Positions 8,179-17,112 of a stretch of 55,935 bases of DNA are shown piece by piece (positions within the stretch are counted from its first letter, which is position 1; each line of letters begins with the position of its first letter). The position numbers and the translations under genes were made by a program. Below the pieces are notes generated by a model. The model was not told where the DNA came from and did not search any database. It saw nothing but the letters and a program-made list of their open reading frames with translations. This DNA is from a virus (lineage: Duplodnaviria > Caudoviricetes), in IMG/VR virus record IMGVR_UViG_3300042391_000478, positions 1 to 55,935 of that record. One strand, given 5' to 3'.

Positions 8179-8854
8179 CAACGGTTGCGGAGTTAAATGG
8201 TATGTTCATAATCAAATGAATACTATCATCGGCCCAGCTAATAGTTCTATGAGTTTTTCTTGTGTTAATGTAGTACACCCTACCCATTTCTATTTGTAAT
8301 TTTCTGTCAGTATCGATCAACCAATCGTATTGCAACGGCGCACAGTTATTTAAAAAAACTGCTAGTCTAAAACTTTCTCTAGGCATAGTAGGATGATCAC
8401 GATGCGGCACAAAGTATCCGCCCACATTAGACTTAACTAGAAATGTTCTTCCAAGTGGCTGGAATTCATCTAATAACCCGTGTAGGCTAGTACATGCGGT
8501 ATAGACATCAGTTTTGTTATTAAAATCGTTTTCGCTTAGTCGATGTCCTGCTTCTAAACTTGCCTGAGGTAGACTAGGATTATCTCGATGAGTCTTTCCC
8601 GGAAGATTACTAATAACTAGTCCCTTCCTGTTATTAGGACGATCAGTCCTTGGAAGATAATCAACCCAATCGTTGTCAAATTGTTTAATCTCTTCCATAA
8701 ACTTGCTGCAATTGATCTTGATATTCAGTGGCTCAAAATCTCCAAGATTTAACAATGCTAGTTCGTTCGCAACTGTTTCTAAGTTAACCAATCTAGAATT
8801 AAACTTTGGAGCTCTTCCACTTACACCCGGTGGAACAATTTGGTTAGTTGTCAT
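8144..8854 (-). CDS. Asp/Asn beta-hydroxylase-like 2OG-Fe(II) oxygenase
   Basis: GGYFVPHRD (HxD) and GRVYYINTRKTH (distal His). Confidence 0.75.
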   Translation of the reverse strand: MTTNQIVPPGVSGRAPKFNSRLVNLETVANELALLNLGDFEPLNIKINCSKFMEEIKQFDNDWVDYLPRTDRPNNRKGLVISNLPGKTHRDNPSLPQASLEAGHRLSENDFNNKTDVYTACTSLHGLLDEFQPLGRTFLVKSNVGGYFVPHRDHPTMPRESFRLAVFLNNCAPLQYDWLIDTDRKLQIEMGRVYYINTRKTHRTISWADDSIHLIMNIPFNSATVAKAIAHLQHPH

Positions 8855-8869
8855 ACTAAATCCTTTTAG

Positions 8870-10045
8870 TTAGAGATATTTAACCAATGCGTCCAACGTT
8901 GGCCTCAAACTTCGATTTAATCCGACACGGGTTTTAGGCGTTGTATTGTTGAAGTCATGCCCGATTGGAGAATTAAGGACTCCCCGACCCCCAAGCCCGT
9001 CTAGCATAATAGTAGACAACTCATCAATTTTAGTAAAAGCATTAGGCTCGGCTGATAACGATTGATTAATATATTGAATCGTTGCAGCTTGACTAGAATT
9101 ATAAGGCAAATTTACTAGTATGAAGTTTTTAATAAAACTATGCAAAAAGTGGTATGTAGCAATTTCTACATTGGGATTTCTAAGTTGAATCTTTCCCTGA
9201 TTCCAATAATATGATACAACAGTCCTAGTAGCTTCGTTTGAATTAAATTGTAAATCATGCAAGAATGCGCCCAAAATAATTTCAATATCTCGTTGACACT
9301 TCTTTTGAATTATTTCGTCATACATAAATTTATTAAACGGGGCTTTTCTAGCAACTGTATTTTGTTGTATCCATGACGACAGTTCTTGCATAATAAAGTT
9401 TTTATTATTTAAAATAAGTTCATATGCCTGAGGCATTGCTTTTGCTTGTTCGTTAGGGTGAGGAATTGCAAATAATGAGTTGTCATAAACCTGACGGTGA
9501 ATTCTTGGCTCAGTAAACCCGTATCCTATTCCCATTGCTAAGATAGATACTTCGTCTGCCTCCATTGGCTTTTTACCAGTAACTTTAGATACAAAATCAT
9601 ATGTACTTATACAAGCGCAAAATCCTGTTTGCAGTCCCAATTCTTCAGCAGCACACATGGCAACTGTAGCACTAACAATACAATCATCCCTAACACGTTG
9701 CGTATTACTTTCTGCGGCAGCATTCAAATTAGAGCCTTCGTTATATTTCTTTGCTATCCATACTAGAACTATAGGAGCATTTACTTGACCATTGAATCTC
9801 TTATTTCCAGGCGCATCCGACCCACGGATACCATCTACACAAACAGTGTCTTCCCAAAATAGGTATTTTTTGAGTTCTATACTTTCTTCACTAGTGCCTA
9901 GTACATAAATCTTATGATTAAATTTACCTTGTTTAGAAGGCGCTAGTCGTGCAGTTTCTAATATCTGAGTTAGTTTATCAGACTCAACAGTTCTAGGTAG
10001 CCACCATTTTGTTGTAATTCTTTCTAATAAGTGTTCTTTAAGCAT
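8870..10045 (-). CDS. Nitroreductase-family protein with an inserted helical CxRD domain
   Basis: ARLAPSKQG, AAEELGLQTGFC, MGIGY and C-terminal RPTLDALV motifs. Insert NKNFI...KCQRD...HDL...YYW. Confidence 0.75.
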   Translation of the reverse strand: MLKEHLLERITTKWWLPRTVESDKLTQILETARLAPSKQGKFNHKIYVLGTSEESIELKKYLFWEDTVCVDGIRGSDAPGNKRFNGQVNAPIVLVWIAKKYNEGSNLNAAAESNTQRVRDDCIVSATVAMCAAEELGLQTGFCACISTYDFVSKVTGKKPMEADEVSILAMGIGYGFTEPRIHRQVYDNSLFAIPHPNEQAKAMPQAYELILNNKNFIMQELSSWIQQNTVARKAPFNKFMYDEIIQKKCQRDIEIILGAFLHDLQFNSNEATRTVVSYYWNQGKIQLRNPNVEIATYHFLHSFIKNFILVNLPYNSSQAATIQYINQSLSAEPNAFTKIDELSTIMLDGLGGRGVLNSPIGHDFNNTTPKTRVGLNRSLRPTLDALVKYL

Positions 10046-10592
10046 GTAGGTTCTCGGTTAAGTTTTGTATCTGTGTCCAGTCCATCTCAAATGGAATTTT
10101 TAATATAAACACTAGAGGCATTGTTCCGAAAGCTGGATAGTATGAATAAATTTTTCTACCGTTAATAGCAATTGGATTTTTTACAACTTTTGACGCAAAT
10201 TTAGAATTTTGAATTTCAGCGATTTCCTGTGCTGTCATCGGCGGCCTATCTTTTAAGTACGGAGACAGCATTGTTAATCCGTTTACTACAGGCGCTGGCG
10301 CACTATAAAATTCTACATTTAACTCGCCTGATACTGGAAATACAATTAGTCCGTTATTACCAGGATTAGTGTGAATAGGAACTGCTCGCCGTATTGTTGT
10401 TAACGTACAGTGATGGTTATACAATGGGAAATTAAATTTATCAAATATATTCGATACTGTCTCGAGTACTGTAATATTTGAATCGACAAAGGTAAACGGA
10501 CCTGTCCTAGATATATCCGATGAATTTCGGAACATAGATTCTAGCGCATCCTTATCGTAGTCGAAGTTAATATCAATAAAGTGATCTTTCAT
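10038..10592 (-). CDS. Degenerate 2OG-Fe(II) oxygenase/cupin-fold protein
   Basis: VPIHTNPG...LIVFPV...PIAINGRKIYS aligns with the neighbours' HVD...PTIFN...IHG but lacks the Asp and distal His. Start inferred at MKDHF. Confidence 0.55.
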   Translation of the reverse strand: MKDHFIDINFDYDKDALESMFRNSSDISRTGPFTFVDSNITVLETVSNIFDKFNFPLYNHHCTLTTIRRAVPIHTNPGNNGLIVFPVSGELNVEFYSAPAPVVNGLTMLSPYLKDRPPMTAQEIAEIQNSKFASKVVKNPIAINGRKIYSYYPAFGTMPLVFILKIPFEMDWTQIQNLTENLHA

Positions 10593-10597
10593 ACTGT

Positions 10598-10616
10598 TAT
10601 TTATCGTGAATAAATA
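10598..10616. promoter_or_regulatory. Back-to-back T4-late-like TAAATA promoters
   Basis: TAAATA on - (10598-10603) 5 nt before ATG 10592, and on + (10611-10616) 4 nt before ATG 10621. Confidence 0.6.
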
Positions 10617-10620
10617 CAAT

Positions 10621-11271
10621 ATGAACACTTTACAATTTTTGTTAGAGATACCAGAGTTACAATTTGATAGGGATCAATTATTAGAAATTTTTGAACAGGC
10701 TAAGCCCTATGCTAGACTCAAGGGGTTAGTGTGGAAGGAAAAACCGAAGTGGTTACCGCCATTAGACAAAGCTACATGCCTTGTTATTCAATCCGGCGAG
10801 TATATGATGCTAGATAAAGATAAAGCTAATATGGGCTACAATTTGCTACAGCACGATTATCTTAAAGACATCATGAAACGGTTAAGATTTAGTCATGAAA
10901 TAAAATCTGGAAATATTGATATAATTTGGTACAGACCAGGCTTTCAATTTGAACCACATGTAGATCATTATGCAGCAGCTACAATGATGTGGCCAATATT
11001 TCCCGCTAGCGGCGGCGCACCGATAGATTTTTATTATAATGAAAATGTTAAAATCGAAGCAGGGGTCGCGGCAGGGTTAGAAGGAATCATAACTAAAAAA
11101 GATTTAATTCATACACATTATTATAATACCACCTACCCAACAATCTTTAACAGTCACTGGATACACGGAGTACGCAGGGTTACTGAAGAACGAGCATATC
11201 TAAGATTACGTATTAATGAATCATTTGAATCAATTGTTAACAAATACAATAACAAAGAACTAGTAGAATGA
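10621..11271 (+). CDS. 2OG-Fe(II) oxygenase-fold protein
   Basis: FEPHVD, PTIFNSHWIHGV, RAYLR. Confidence 0.7.
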   Translation: MNTLQFLLEIPELQFDRDQLLEIFEQAKPYARLKGLVWKEKPKWLPPLDKATCLVIQSGEYMMLDKDKANMGYNLLQHDYLKDIMKRLRFSHEIKSGNIDIIWYRPGFQFEPHVDHYAAATMMWPIFPASGGAPIDFYYNENVKIEAGVAAGLEGIITKKDLIHTHYYNTTYPTIFNSHWIHGVRRVTEERAYLRLRINESFESIVNKYNNKELVE

Positions 11272-11801
11272 TAGATAACGAATTTATTTATGAGACTAGC
11301 TGTACATTCAATACTATGTATTTGCTTAATCTAGTGAACCAGTCTATAGCACATAAAAGTATAAAGCAACATCAACGACTGGTTAAAGATGATCCGTATT
11401 TAACTTCGATTAGACAGCAGATACCAATGCTAACTCCTATTTGGAACTTTTACAAATTAGAACCGTATGCTATGATTCCAGTTCATGTCGATGCTCAACG
11501 TAATTGCGCATTAAATATTCCACTCCAAGGTACCGACCAATCTAAAACATCATTTTATAATTCAATAGGTCCTGAAAATTTTGTATACGATTCTACAAAG
11601 ATTCTACATTGGGCAAAGCACGACTTAGCAAAAGTATTTGAATTTAATTTAACCCAGCCTACGCTGATAAAAAATAACGTACCACACGGAGTGATCAACG
11701 GCCCTCATCGACGAATAATTTTGAGTTGGAGTATAACCCTCGACTTCACGTTTGAGCAGGCAAAGCTAATTTTAAAAGATCAGTCTATTGACTTTAGTTA
11801 A
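11268..11801 (+). CDS. 2OG-Fe(II) oxygenase-fold protein
   Basis: IPVHVD..RNCALNIP, PTLIKNNVPHGV.N...RIILSW. Confidence 0.75.
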   Translation: MIDNEFIYETSCTFNTMYLLNLVNQSIAHKSIKQHQRLVKDDPYLTSIRQQIPMLTPIWNFYKLEPYAMIPVHVDAQRNCALNIPLQGTDQSKTSFYNSIGPENFVYDSTKILHWAKHDLAKVFEFNLTQPTLIKNNVPHGVINGPHRRIILSWSITLDFTFEQAKLILKDQSIDFS

Positions 11802-11816
11802 CATTCATGCTAAAAT
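11788..11816 (+). promoter_or_regulatory. sigma70-like promoter inside the island
   Basis: TTGACT (11788-11793) N17 TAAAAT (11811-11816) with TG extension. Confidence 0.6.
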
Positions 11817-11824
11817 ATGAATAT

Positions 11825-12526
11825 ATGAATTATGACATTTTTCACATAACATTTAACGAATCTAACCAAGAAGAAAATTGGTTAAGAATATTAGACCTGC
11901 ATCCCAATGCAAAACGCATACACGGAATTGCAGGCATAGATCGTGCCCATATGGCCTGTAACTCGTTAGCTACAACCGATTGGTTCTGGACTATCGACGG
12001 CGACAACTGGCTAACTGAATCATTAATATGGACTGATATAAATCCACGCAAAGATCTAATATGGTTTTATGCGTTAGATCCAGTGACTAACAAGCGCATT
12101 AAAAATGGTGGCGTAAAATTATGGAAACGAAATAGTTTCGTAAATACCGACATGAGTCAAGGCGATTTCTGTGTGGCTGCTGTGCAATCAAAAATTAGTC
12201 CCGATAAAGTATTCTCAATTACCAAGTATAATTCTATTCCATATGACGGGTGGAAAACTGCATTTAGACATTGTGTAAAATTAATGTCTAGAATATTTAG
12301 AGACAGACCGTTAGCGGTTAATATTGAACACTACTTAGGCATATGGCGTTCGTATGAAAATTTAGATGATGGGTCGAATAACGCCCGATGGTGTTACCAG
12401 GGATATCTCGATGCAGCAGAATATACAAAGTTGTGTAATGATGATTTAGAATTACTTTATAAAATAAATGACTATGTATGGTTAAAAAATTACTTTAATA
12501 ACAAACATGAAAACAGAATACATTAA
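11825..12526 (+). CDS. GT-A-like (DxD) glycosyltransferase-like phage protein
   Basis: GIDRAH, FWTIDGDN (DxD), NGGVKLW, WKTAFRHCVKL. Start moved to ATG 11825 because the promoter overlaps 11807. Confidence 0.55.
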   Translation: MNYDIFHITFNESNQEENWLRILDLHPNAKRIHGIAGIDRAHMACNSLATTDWFWTIDGDNWLTESLIWTDINPRKDLIWFYALDPVTNKRIKNGGVKLWKRNSFVNTDMSQGDFCVAAVQSKISPDKVFSITKYNSIPYDGWKTAFRHCVKLMSRIFRDRPLAVNIEHYLGIWRSYENLDDGSNNARWCYQGYLDAAEYTKLCNDDLELLYKINDYVWLKNYFNNKHENRIH

Positions 12527-13136
12527 AGGTAATGATCTCGATCATAGCAGGATTGCCGCTTACATTCCGGAAGTTATGAATGCGTTATACGATTCGGTAT
12601 CTTTCGAGTCGACTAGCTTGACTGAAATGCGAGACGCATTTCGAATGAAACAAATTCAAGGTAAAACTTGGCTACTTAATAGTGGTCTATTAGACCATTG
12701 TTTGGATAAATCAAAAAGTGTATTAGTAGTCGGCAGTTGGTTTGGGTTTACTAGTTTTTGTTTACATAAATTGGGATTTAGCAACGTAACTGAGGTTGAT
12801 CCCGACAGCAGATTAGAACATTTTGCCAAGCACCTAAATAGATTTAACAAGCAGTATACACACATTACAGCTGACATTAATACAGTTGATATGTCATCTT
12901 ATGATATCGTTGTAAACCCTAGTGGCGAACATATTGTAGATAACACGTGGTTCGACAACATAAAAACTGGCGCAACAGTAATTATTCACAGCACGGATTA
13001 CCCAGCAAGCGACCACGTTAACACATGTCAACAACAGGACGAATTGTTAAGTAGATATAAAATGTTACCTACGTTTTTAGGAACATTAGATTTACAAACG
13101 TACAAACGTTTTATGATTGTAGGAATAAAAACATGA
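12507..13136 (+). CDS. Class I SAM-dependent methyltransferase
   Basis: VLVVGSWFG motif I, EVD, ADI, VVNPSGEH, DHVN. Confidence 0.7.
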   Translation: MKTEYIKGNDLDHSRIAAYIPEVMNALYDSVSFESTSLTEMRDAFRMKQIQGKTWLLNSGLLDHCLDKSKSVLVVGSWFGFTSFCLHKLGFSNVTEVDPDSRLEHFAKHLNRFNKQYTHITADINTVDMSSYDIVVNPSGEHIVDNTWFDNIKTGATVIIHSTDYPASDHVNTCQQQDELLSRYKMLPTFLGTLDLQTYKRFMIVGIKT

Positions 13137-13645
13137 GCATTGAAAAACCACGATTCTTTAAAATACTAGGCAAAACCGATAGTAAACGTGCAGTAAAACA
13201 ACTATCTTCTATAATCCAACAAATGGAAGAGGAAGATATCGAACAATGGGGTCTTAAGGGTAGACTTGACGGCGACGAAGATATTGACTACGGCGAAGGT
13301 AAAACTAGACCCGGATCTAAACTATCAGATTGGAATCATTGGAGAGATGAAACATACAACTCGGGATGGCTGGCAGAATTAATAGAGATGCTTCAGCCGA
13401 GAGAAATTGGACGAATTCGTATAATGAAGATGAAGCCTAGAAGTTGTTACTCTTGGCACAGAGACTTGTCGCCCCGTGTGCATATTCCGTTAATAACCAA
13501 TTCGGAAAACTTTATGATTATACGTACTGAATCAAGACACTTGTATACCGGAGCAATATGGTGGACTGATACTCGTCAAAATCATAGCGCAATGAATTGT
13601 TCAGATAAAAATAGATATCATTTAATTTTAGAAGTATCGGAATGA
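13133..13645 (+). CDS. Asp/Asn beta-hydroxylase-like 2OG-Fe(II) oxygenase
   Basis: RIMKMKPRSCYSWHRD, RVHIPLITN, DTRQNHSAMN, RYHL. Confidence 0.85.
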   Translation: MSIEKPRFFKILGKTDSKRAVKQLSSIIQQMEEEDIEQWGLKGRLDGDEDIDYGEGKTRPGSKLSDWNHWRDETYNSGWLAELIEMLQPREIGRIRIMKMKPRSCYSWHRDLSPRVHIPLITNSENFMIIRTESRHLYTGAIWWTDTRQNHSAMNCSDKNRYHLILEVSE

Positions 13646-14334
13646 GAGATAATATAATTTGGTTTACTGGAGCTCCCGGATCAAAATGGAGCGGTAGTGC
13701 TAATATATTACAAGCTATCCCGCATCTTAATTTTAATATTACTGATAGAAGTTCTGATAGAGAATATACTCATCCTGGTACAACAGAATTATCTAAGGGT
13801 ATTATGCACACTGGGGCATACTTTGGTCCAGGGCACGGTCTCGGAGAGCAATTCCATTTGCTAGATACACTAACAGTTGACGAAGTTGAAAATGAAATTG
13901 TAGATAAGTGGCAAACTGTACAAGGCAAGCTACTAGTAAAAAGCCACTTCTTCTCTAACCAATTAGACTACATTGCCAACACTTGGAAAGATAATGTAAT
14001 TATAATGATACTACGTCCAGATCAAACCTGTATACAAGGTTGGTTTGGCGCTGGCGGTTGGAGTATTGCATACCCTGATTACAGACCGTTTTATAAAAAC
14101 GGTGATAGAATGAAAGAGCTAATAGCAGAACACAACTTTAATATTAAACAGTTTTGCACAAAACACAGTTTACCTTTTAATAAATTAAACGAACAATTTT
14201 TAAAAGATGAATTTGATTGGGATTATAATTCTATTGAAGATGCTACGCAACGAGCATGGGTTGAACGACATCTACGACATACTGAAAGTCAAGACGATGT
14301 CGAAATAGCAATCTTCAATAGACACAAATTATAA
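13642..14334 (+). CDS. P-loop/sulfotransferase-like protein, GAPGS family paralog 1
   Basis: TGAPGSKWS, GAYFGPG, KSHFF, W..AGGW.I.YP.Y. Confidence 0.55.
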   Translation: MRDNIIWFTGAPGSKWSGSANILQAIPHLNFNITDRSSDREYTHPGTTELSKGIMHTGAYFGPGHGLGEQFHLLDTLTVDEVENEIVDKWQTVQGKLLVKSHFFSNQLDYIANTWKDNVIIMILRPDQTCIQGWFGAGGWSIAYPDYRPFYKNGDRMKELIAEHNFNIKQFCTKHSLPFNKLNEQFLKDEFDWDYNSIEDATQRAWVERHLRHTESQDDVEIAIFNRHKL

Positions 14335-15066
14335 AGTTTTAGAATAGACAAAATACAAACGATCGTTGTTGTCTTTTTTAAATGTTTCTAAGTTTAAATT
14401 AAATTGTTTAGCAAATTCAGTAACTAGTGCAAAGTCCCAGGGAAAAATATCCACGTAAGGTCCGTTGTTCCAAATGTTACCCGGATTAGCTCTAAAGTAT
14501 ATTTTCCCGTCATCTTCTAGTAACTCTACAATCTTAGCCAATCTGATTTCTAAATCAATTTTTTCGTTGAAGTTTAATGACCCTAATACTAGAATATGGT
14601 CGTATGTCTTATCAGGCATGACAAAATCTAGCACGTCAACCATATAGTCAGCACAGTTATTATAAGGGTCGATACCAACTAGATTATTAATCCTTCCTTT
14701 AAACTGATTGTATCCGCATCCCACATCTAGTACAGCTTTTGGGTTGTGCTTGTTAACTTCGTCAACAAGTGCCCAGCCGCTGTAGGTATATACTTCAGTT
14801 GTCGGTTTCCAAATTTCGCCAAAGTATCTAGTAAGATATTTGACATCTAAATTGTCTACTATTTCTTCAATTGTACCGTTCTCTGGAACATCAAATCCAA
14901 GTTCCTTACGAACCCTAGTCTTAAATTTGTCAAATCTAGCAGGAGTCCAAGGCAACGATTCCATAGTTGTCTGTTTTGTTAGATTGCTACGAATTTCTGT
15001 ATACTTTTCTAAATTAAAAGAATTATGCAAATTTTCAATTAATAGCTTAAAAATTCTGGTATTCAT
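14329..15066 (-). CDS. SAM methyltransferase (family C paralog 1) with an N-terminal ACP-like domain
   Basis: VLDVGCGYN.FK, GIDP, LGSLNF, FRANPG. GAGGA SD before MNTRIF at 15066. Confidence 0.75.
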   Translation of the reverse strand: MNTRIFKLLIENLHNSFNLEKYTEIRSNLTKQTTMESLPWTPARFDKFKTRVRKELGFDVPENGTIEEIVDNLDVKYLTRYFGEIWKPTTEVYTYSGWALVDEVNKHNPKAVLDVGCGYNQFKGRINNLVGIDPYNNCADYMVDVLDFVMPDKTYDHILVLGSLNFNEKIDLEIRLAKIVELLEDDGKIYFRANPGNIWNNGPYVDIFPWDFALVTEFAKQFNLNLETFKKDNNDRLYFVYSKTL

Positions 15067-15173
15067 TATGTTTTTTCCTCTTTTCGATAAATATTCTTGT
15101 AATAAAATAAATTTCATTCATTTTTGTAAATTATTTATTCTACGAGCATATATAGTTATCAAGGAGACAAATA

Positions 15174-16154
15174 ATGCTGTTGAAAAGCGAATTCATTAAA
15201 CGACTACTAGTTGTATTCTTTACACTAGTAACAACCGCCGCCTATGCGTGGCAACCTAAAGGAACAGTTACTTTTATACTGCCAAACGGCCCTGGTGCTG
15301 GTAACGAGATCAGTTTTAGGTTGTTAGCTAGTATTGTAGAGCAAAACAATCCGGGAGTACGATTCCAGCCGCAGCACATGCCGGGTGCCGATGGTAATAT
15401 TGCTATGAATCACCTGTTTAATAAAACAGCTAATGATGGGCAGACTCTAGCAGTTCCTGCTTGTCAAAGTGCGTGGATCACTCCCGAAATTTGGTATAAT
15501 GCCAAATATGACATAATGCAGGCTGTGCATGTGACTCACATTGCGAGAAGCCCGTTGGCAGTTTGGGCACATCCTAGCAGTAAAATTAACACACCTAAAG
15601 AACTCATAGATGCTATTAGGAAAAAGGATCGACAGATCAACATAGCTATCGGTGGAGCAGGGCACAAACTAGCTGTTGAATATCTAACCACTAGTCTTAA
15701 AGTTGCAGGCGGCGATATGGTTGAAACTCCTATGTACAAAGGCCCTGCACAAGCTCTATTAGATGTTATGGGAGGACACGCTGAGTTTGGAGTTACTCCG
15801 GTCACAGTAGGCTATCCGCATGTTCAAAGTGGGAAATTAAAACTAATTGGTATTGCTAATGATTTTCCACTAGCCGGATTAGAAAAAGCACCGTTGATGA
15901 AAGATCTTGTACCAGGTCTTAGCATACACGGATGTTGGAACATTGTTCTACCGCCGGGTACTGATCCAGAAATTGCCAAGTGGTATAGGGATCAATTTAA
16001 TGCAGCTAGCAAACACCCCGAAGTACAAGAAAAGTTTAAAGAAAACTTTATGTTCGCTACCCCGGAATGGCAAACAGAGCAGGGATTAAAGAATGGTATG
16101 ATCGGTCTGCGTAAAGTTTGGCAACCAATTGCACAACGGATCAAACCAGAATGA
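15174..16154 (+). CDS. Bug/TctC tripartite tricarboxylate transporter substrate-binding protein
   Basis: Signal peptide, P.GPG, PGADGNIA, DGQTL, YKG..QALLDVMGG, SGKLKLIG, P.GT..EI motifs. Confidence 0.9.
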   Translation: MLLKSEFIKRLLVVFFTLVTTAAYAWQPKGTVTFILPNGPGAGNEISFRLLASIVEQNNPGVRFQPQHMPGADGNIAMNHLFNKTANDGQTLAVPACQSAWITPEIWYNAKYDIMQAVHVTHIARSPLAVWAHPSSKINTPKELIDAIRKKDRQINIAIGGAGHKLAVEYLTTSLKVAGGDMVETPMYKGPAQALLDVMGGHAEFGVTPVTVGYPHVQSGKLKLIGIANDFPLAGLEKAPLMKDLVPGLSIHGCWNIVLPPGTDPEIAKWYRDQFNAASKHPEVQEKFKENFMFATPEWQTEQGLKNGMIGLRKVWQPIAQRIKPE

Positions 16155-16726
16155 GAATAGGTATCAGTATGGAAATGACTCGGATGCTACGGGACACGTG
16201 GCATTCGGCTATCAATCACGAATGGTATGATTTTTTACAAGGGCACCACATTGTGCCCTTATCATGCCACGGTGCATTGCCACAAACTGACGAGTACGAT
16301 CTAATCATACTAGCAGGCGGTAACGATATGCATGATATCGTAACCTGGCGAGATAATAACTACCCATTACGAGATCAATACGAACGGCAACTAATACAAC
16401 AATGTTTACTGACCAGCACTTCTGTTATCGGTATATGTCGCGGTGCGCATTTTATCAATTGGGTGTTTGGCGGCACACATAAGCTAATGGATCAGCCCTA
16501 CGATAACGTAACAGTTCAGCTAGACGATCTTGAAGTAACTTGTCATCATACTATTCAAATAGATCAGTTAGCCCCAGGGTTTGATATCATTCTACAAGAC
16601 AGCAATGAAGTAGTTGAACTGTCTATCAATAAATCGCAGCGTGTGATGGGCATAGGTTGGCATCCTGAACGAGCCGTTAACAAACACACTAGATCATATA
16701 TACTAGACTTAATTAACAATTTATAA
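16151..16726 (+). CDS. Class I glutamine amidotransferase (PuuD/peptidase C26-like)
   Basis: LAGGND, RD.YE, GICRG nucleophile Cys, WHPE triad. Confidence 0.85.
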   Translation: MRIGISMEMTRMLRDTWHSAINHEWYDFLQGHHIVPLSCHGALPQTDEYDLIILAGGNDMHDIVTWRDNNYPLRDQYERQLIQQCLLTSTSVIGICRGAHFINWVFGGTHKLMDQPYDNVTVQLDDLEVTCHHTIQIDQLAPGFDIILQDSNEVVELSINKSQRVMGIGWHPERAVNKHTRSYILDLINNL

Positions 16727-16737
16727 AGTAAAAATAA

Positions 16738-17091
16738 TTGGAACTAGTTCTAACAAATATAATCTATGTGACCTACCGACTCATTGTCAGTGGGCCCATA
16801 GTAAAGGTATTAACCAAATACATACCATTTTACATAGCTGTGTTTATTATGGCACAGCTAAGTTTTGCCTACGACACGTTTGTGTTTGGCTATTATTTCA
16901 ACGCCACAGAATTACCCCAATGGTTCGAATACTTACAGTCTGATGTACTGTACACGTTGCGAGTTCTAGCAGCCTGGTGGCTAATTAAACAAATTTGGAA
17001 ATTAGTAGGTAATTATTGGATTGCTGTGTTTATAGGAGCAGAAATTACATTTATTTGTGATTATTTTATCTTCTCAGATCTATACAGTTAA
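16738..17091 (+). CDS. Small 4-TM membrane protein with an internal two-fold repeat
   Basis: Y.TYR...YIAVFIMAQLSFAYD versus YTLR...WIAVFIGAEITFICD. TTG start. Confidence 0.65.
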   Translation: MELVLTNIIYVTYRLIVSGPIVKVLTKYIPFYIAVFIMAQLSFAYDTFVFGYYFNATELPQWFEYLQSDVLYTLRVLAAWWLIKQIWKLVGNYWIAVFIGAEITFICDYFIFSDLYS

Positions 17092-17094
17092 ATA
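17089..17094 (+). promoter_or_regulatory. T4-late-like TAAATA promoter heading the 17.1-24.2 kb operon
   Basis: TAAATA followed by an AGGAG SD and ATG 17113. Confidence 0.5.
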
Positions 17095-17112
17095 GTGCAT
17101 AGGAGAATAACC

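Noticed and set aside
9250-9310. CQRDIEIIL as evidence of a true phycobiliprotein or cyanophage photosynthesis gene
   Set aside because: The surrounding sequence matches the virion-protein domain rather than a full phycobiliprotein, and there are no photosynthesis or bilin genes in the window. Kept only as a fold hypothesis
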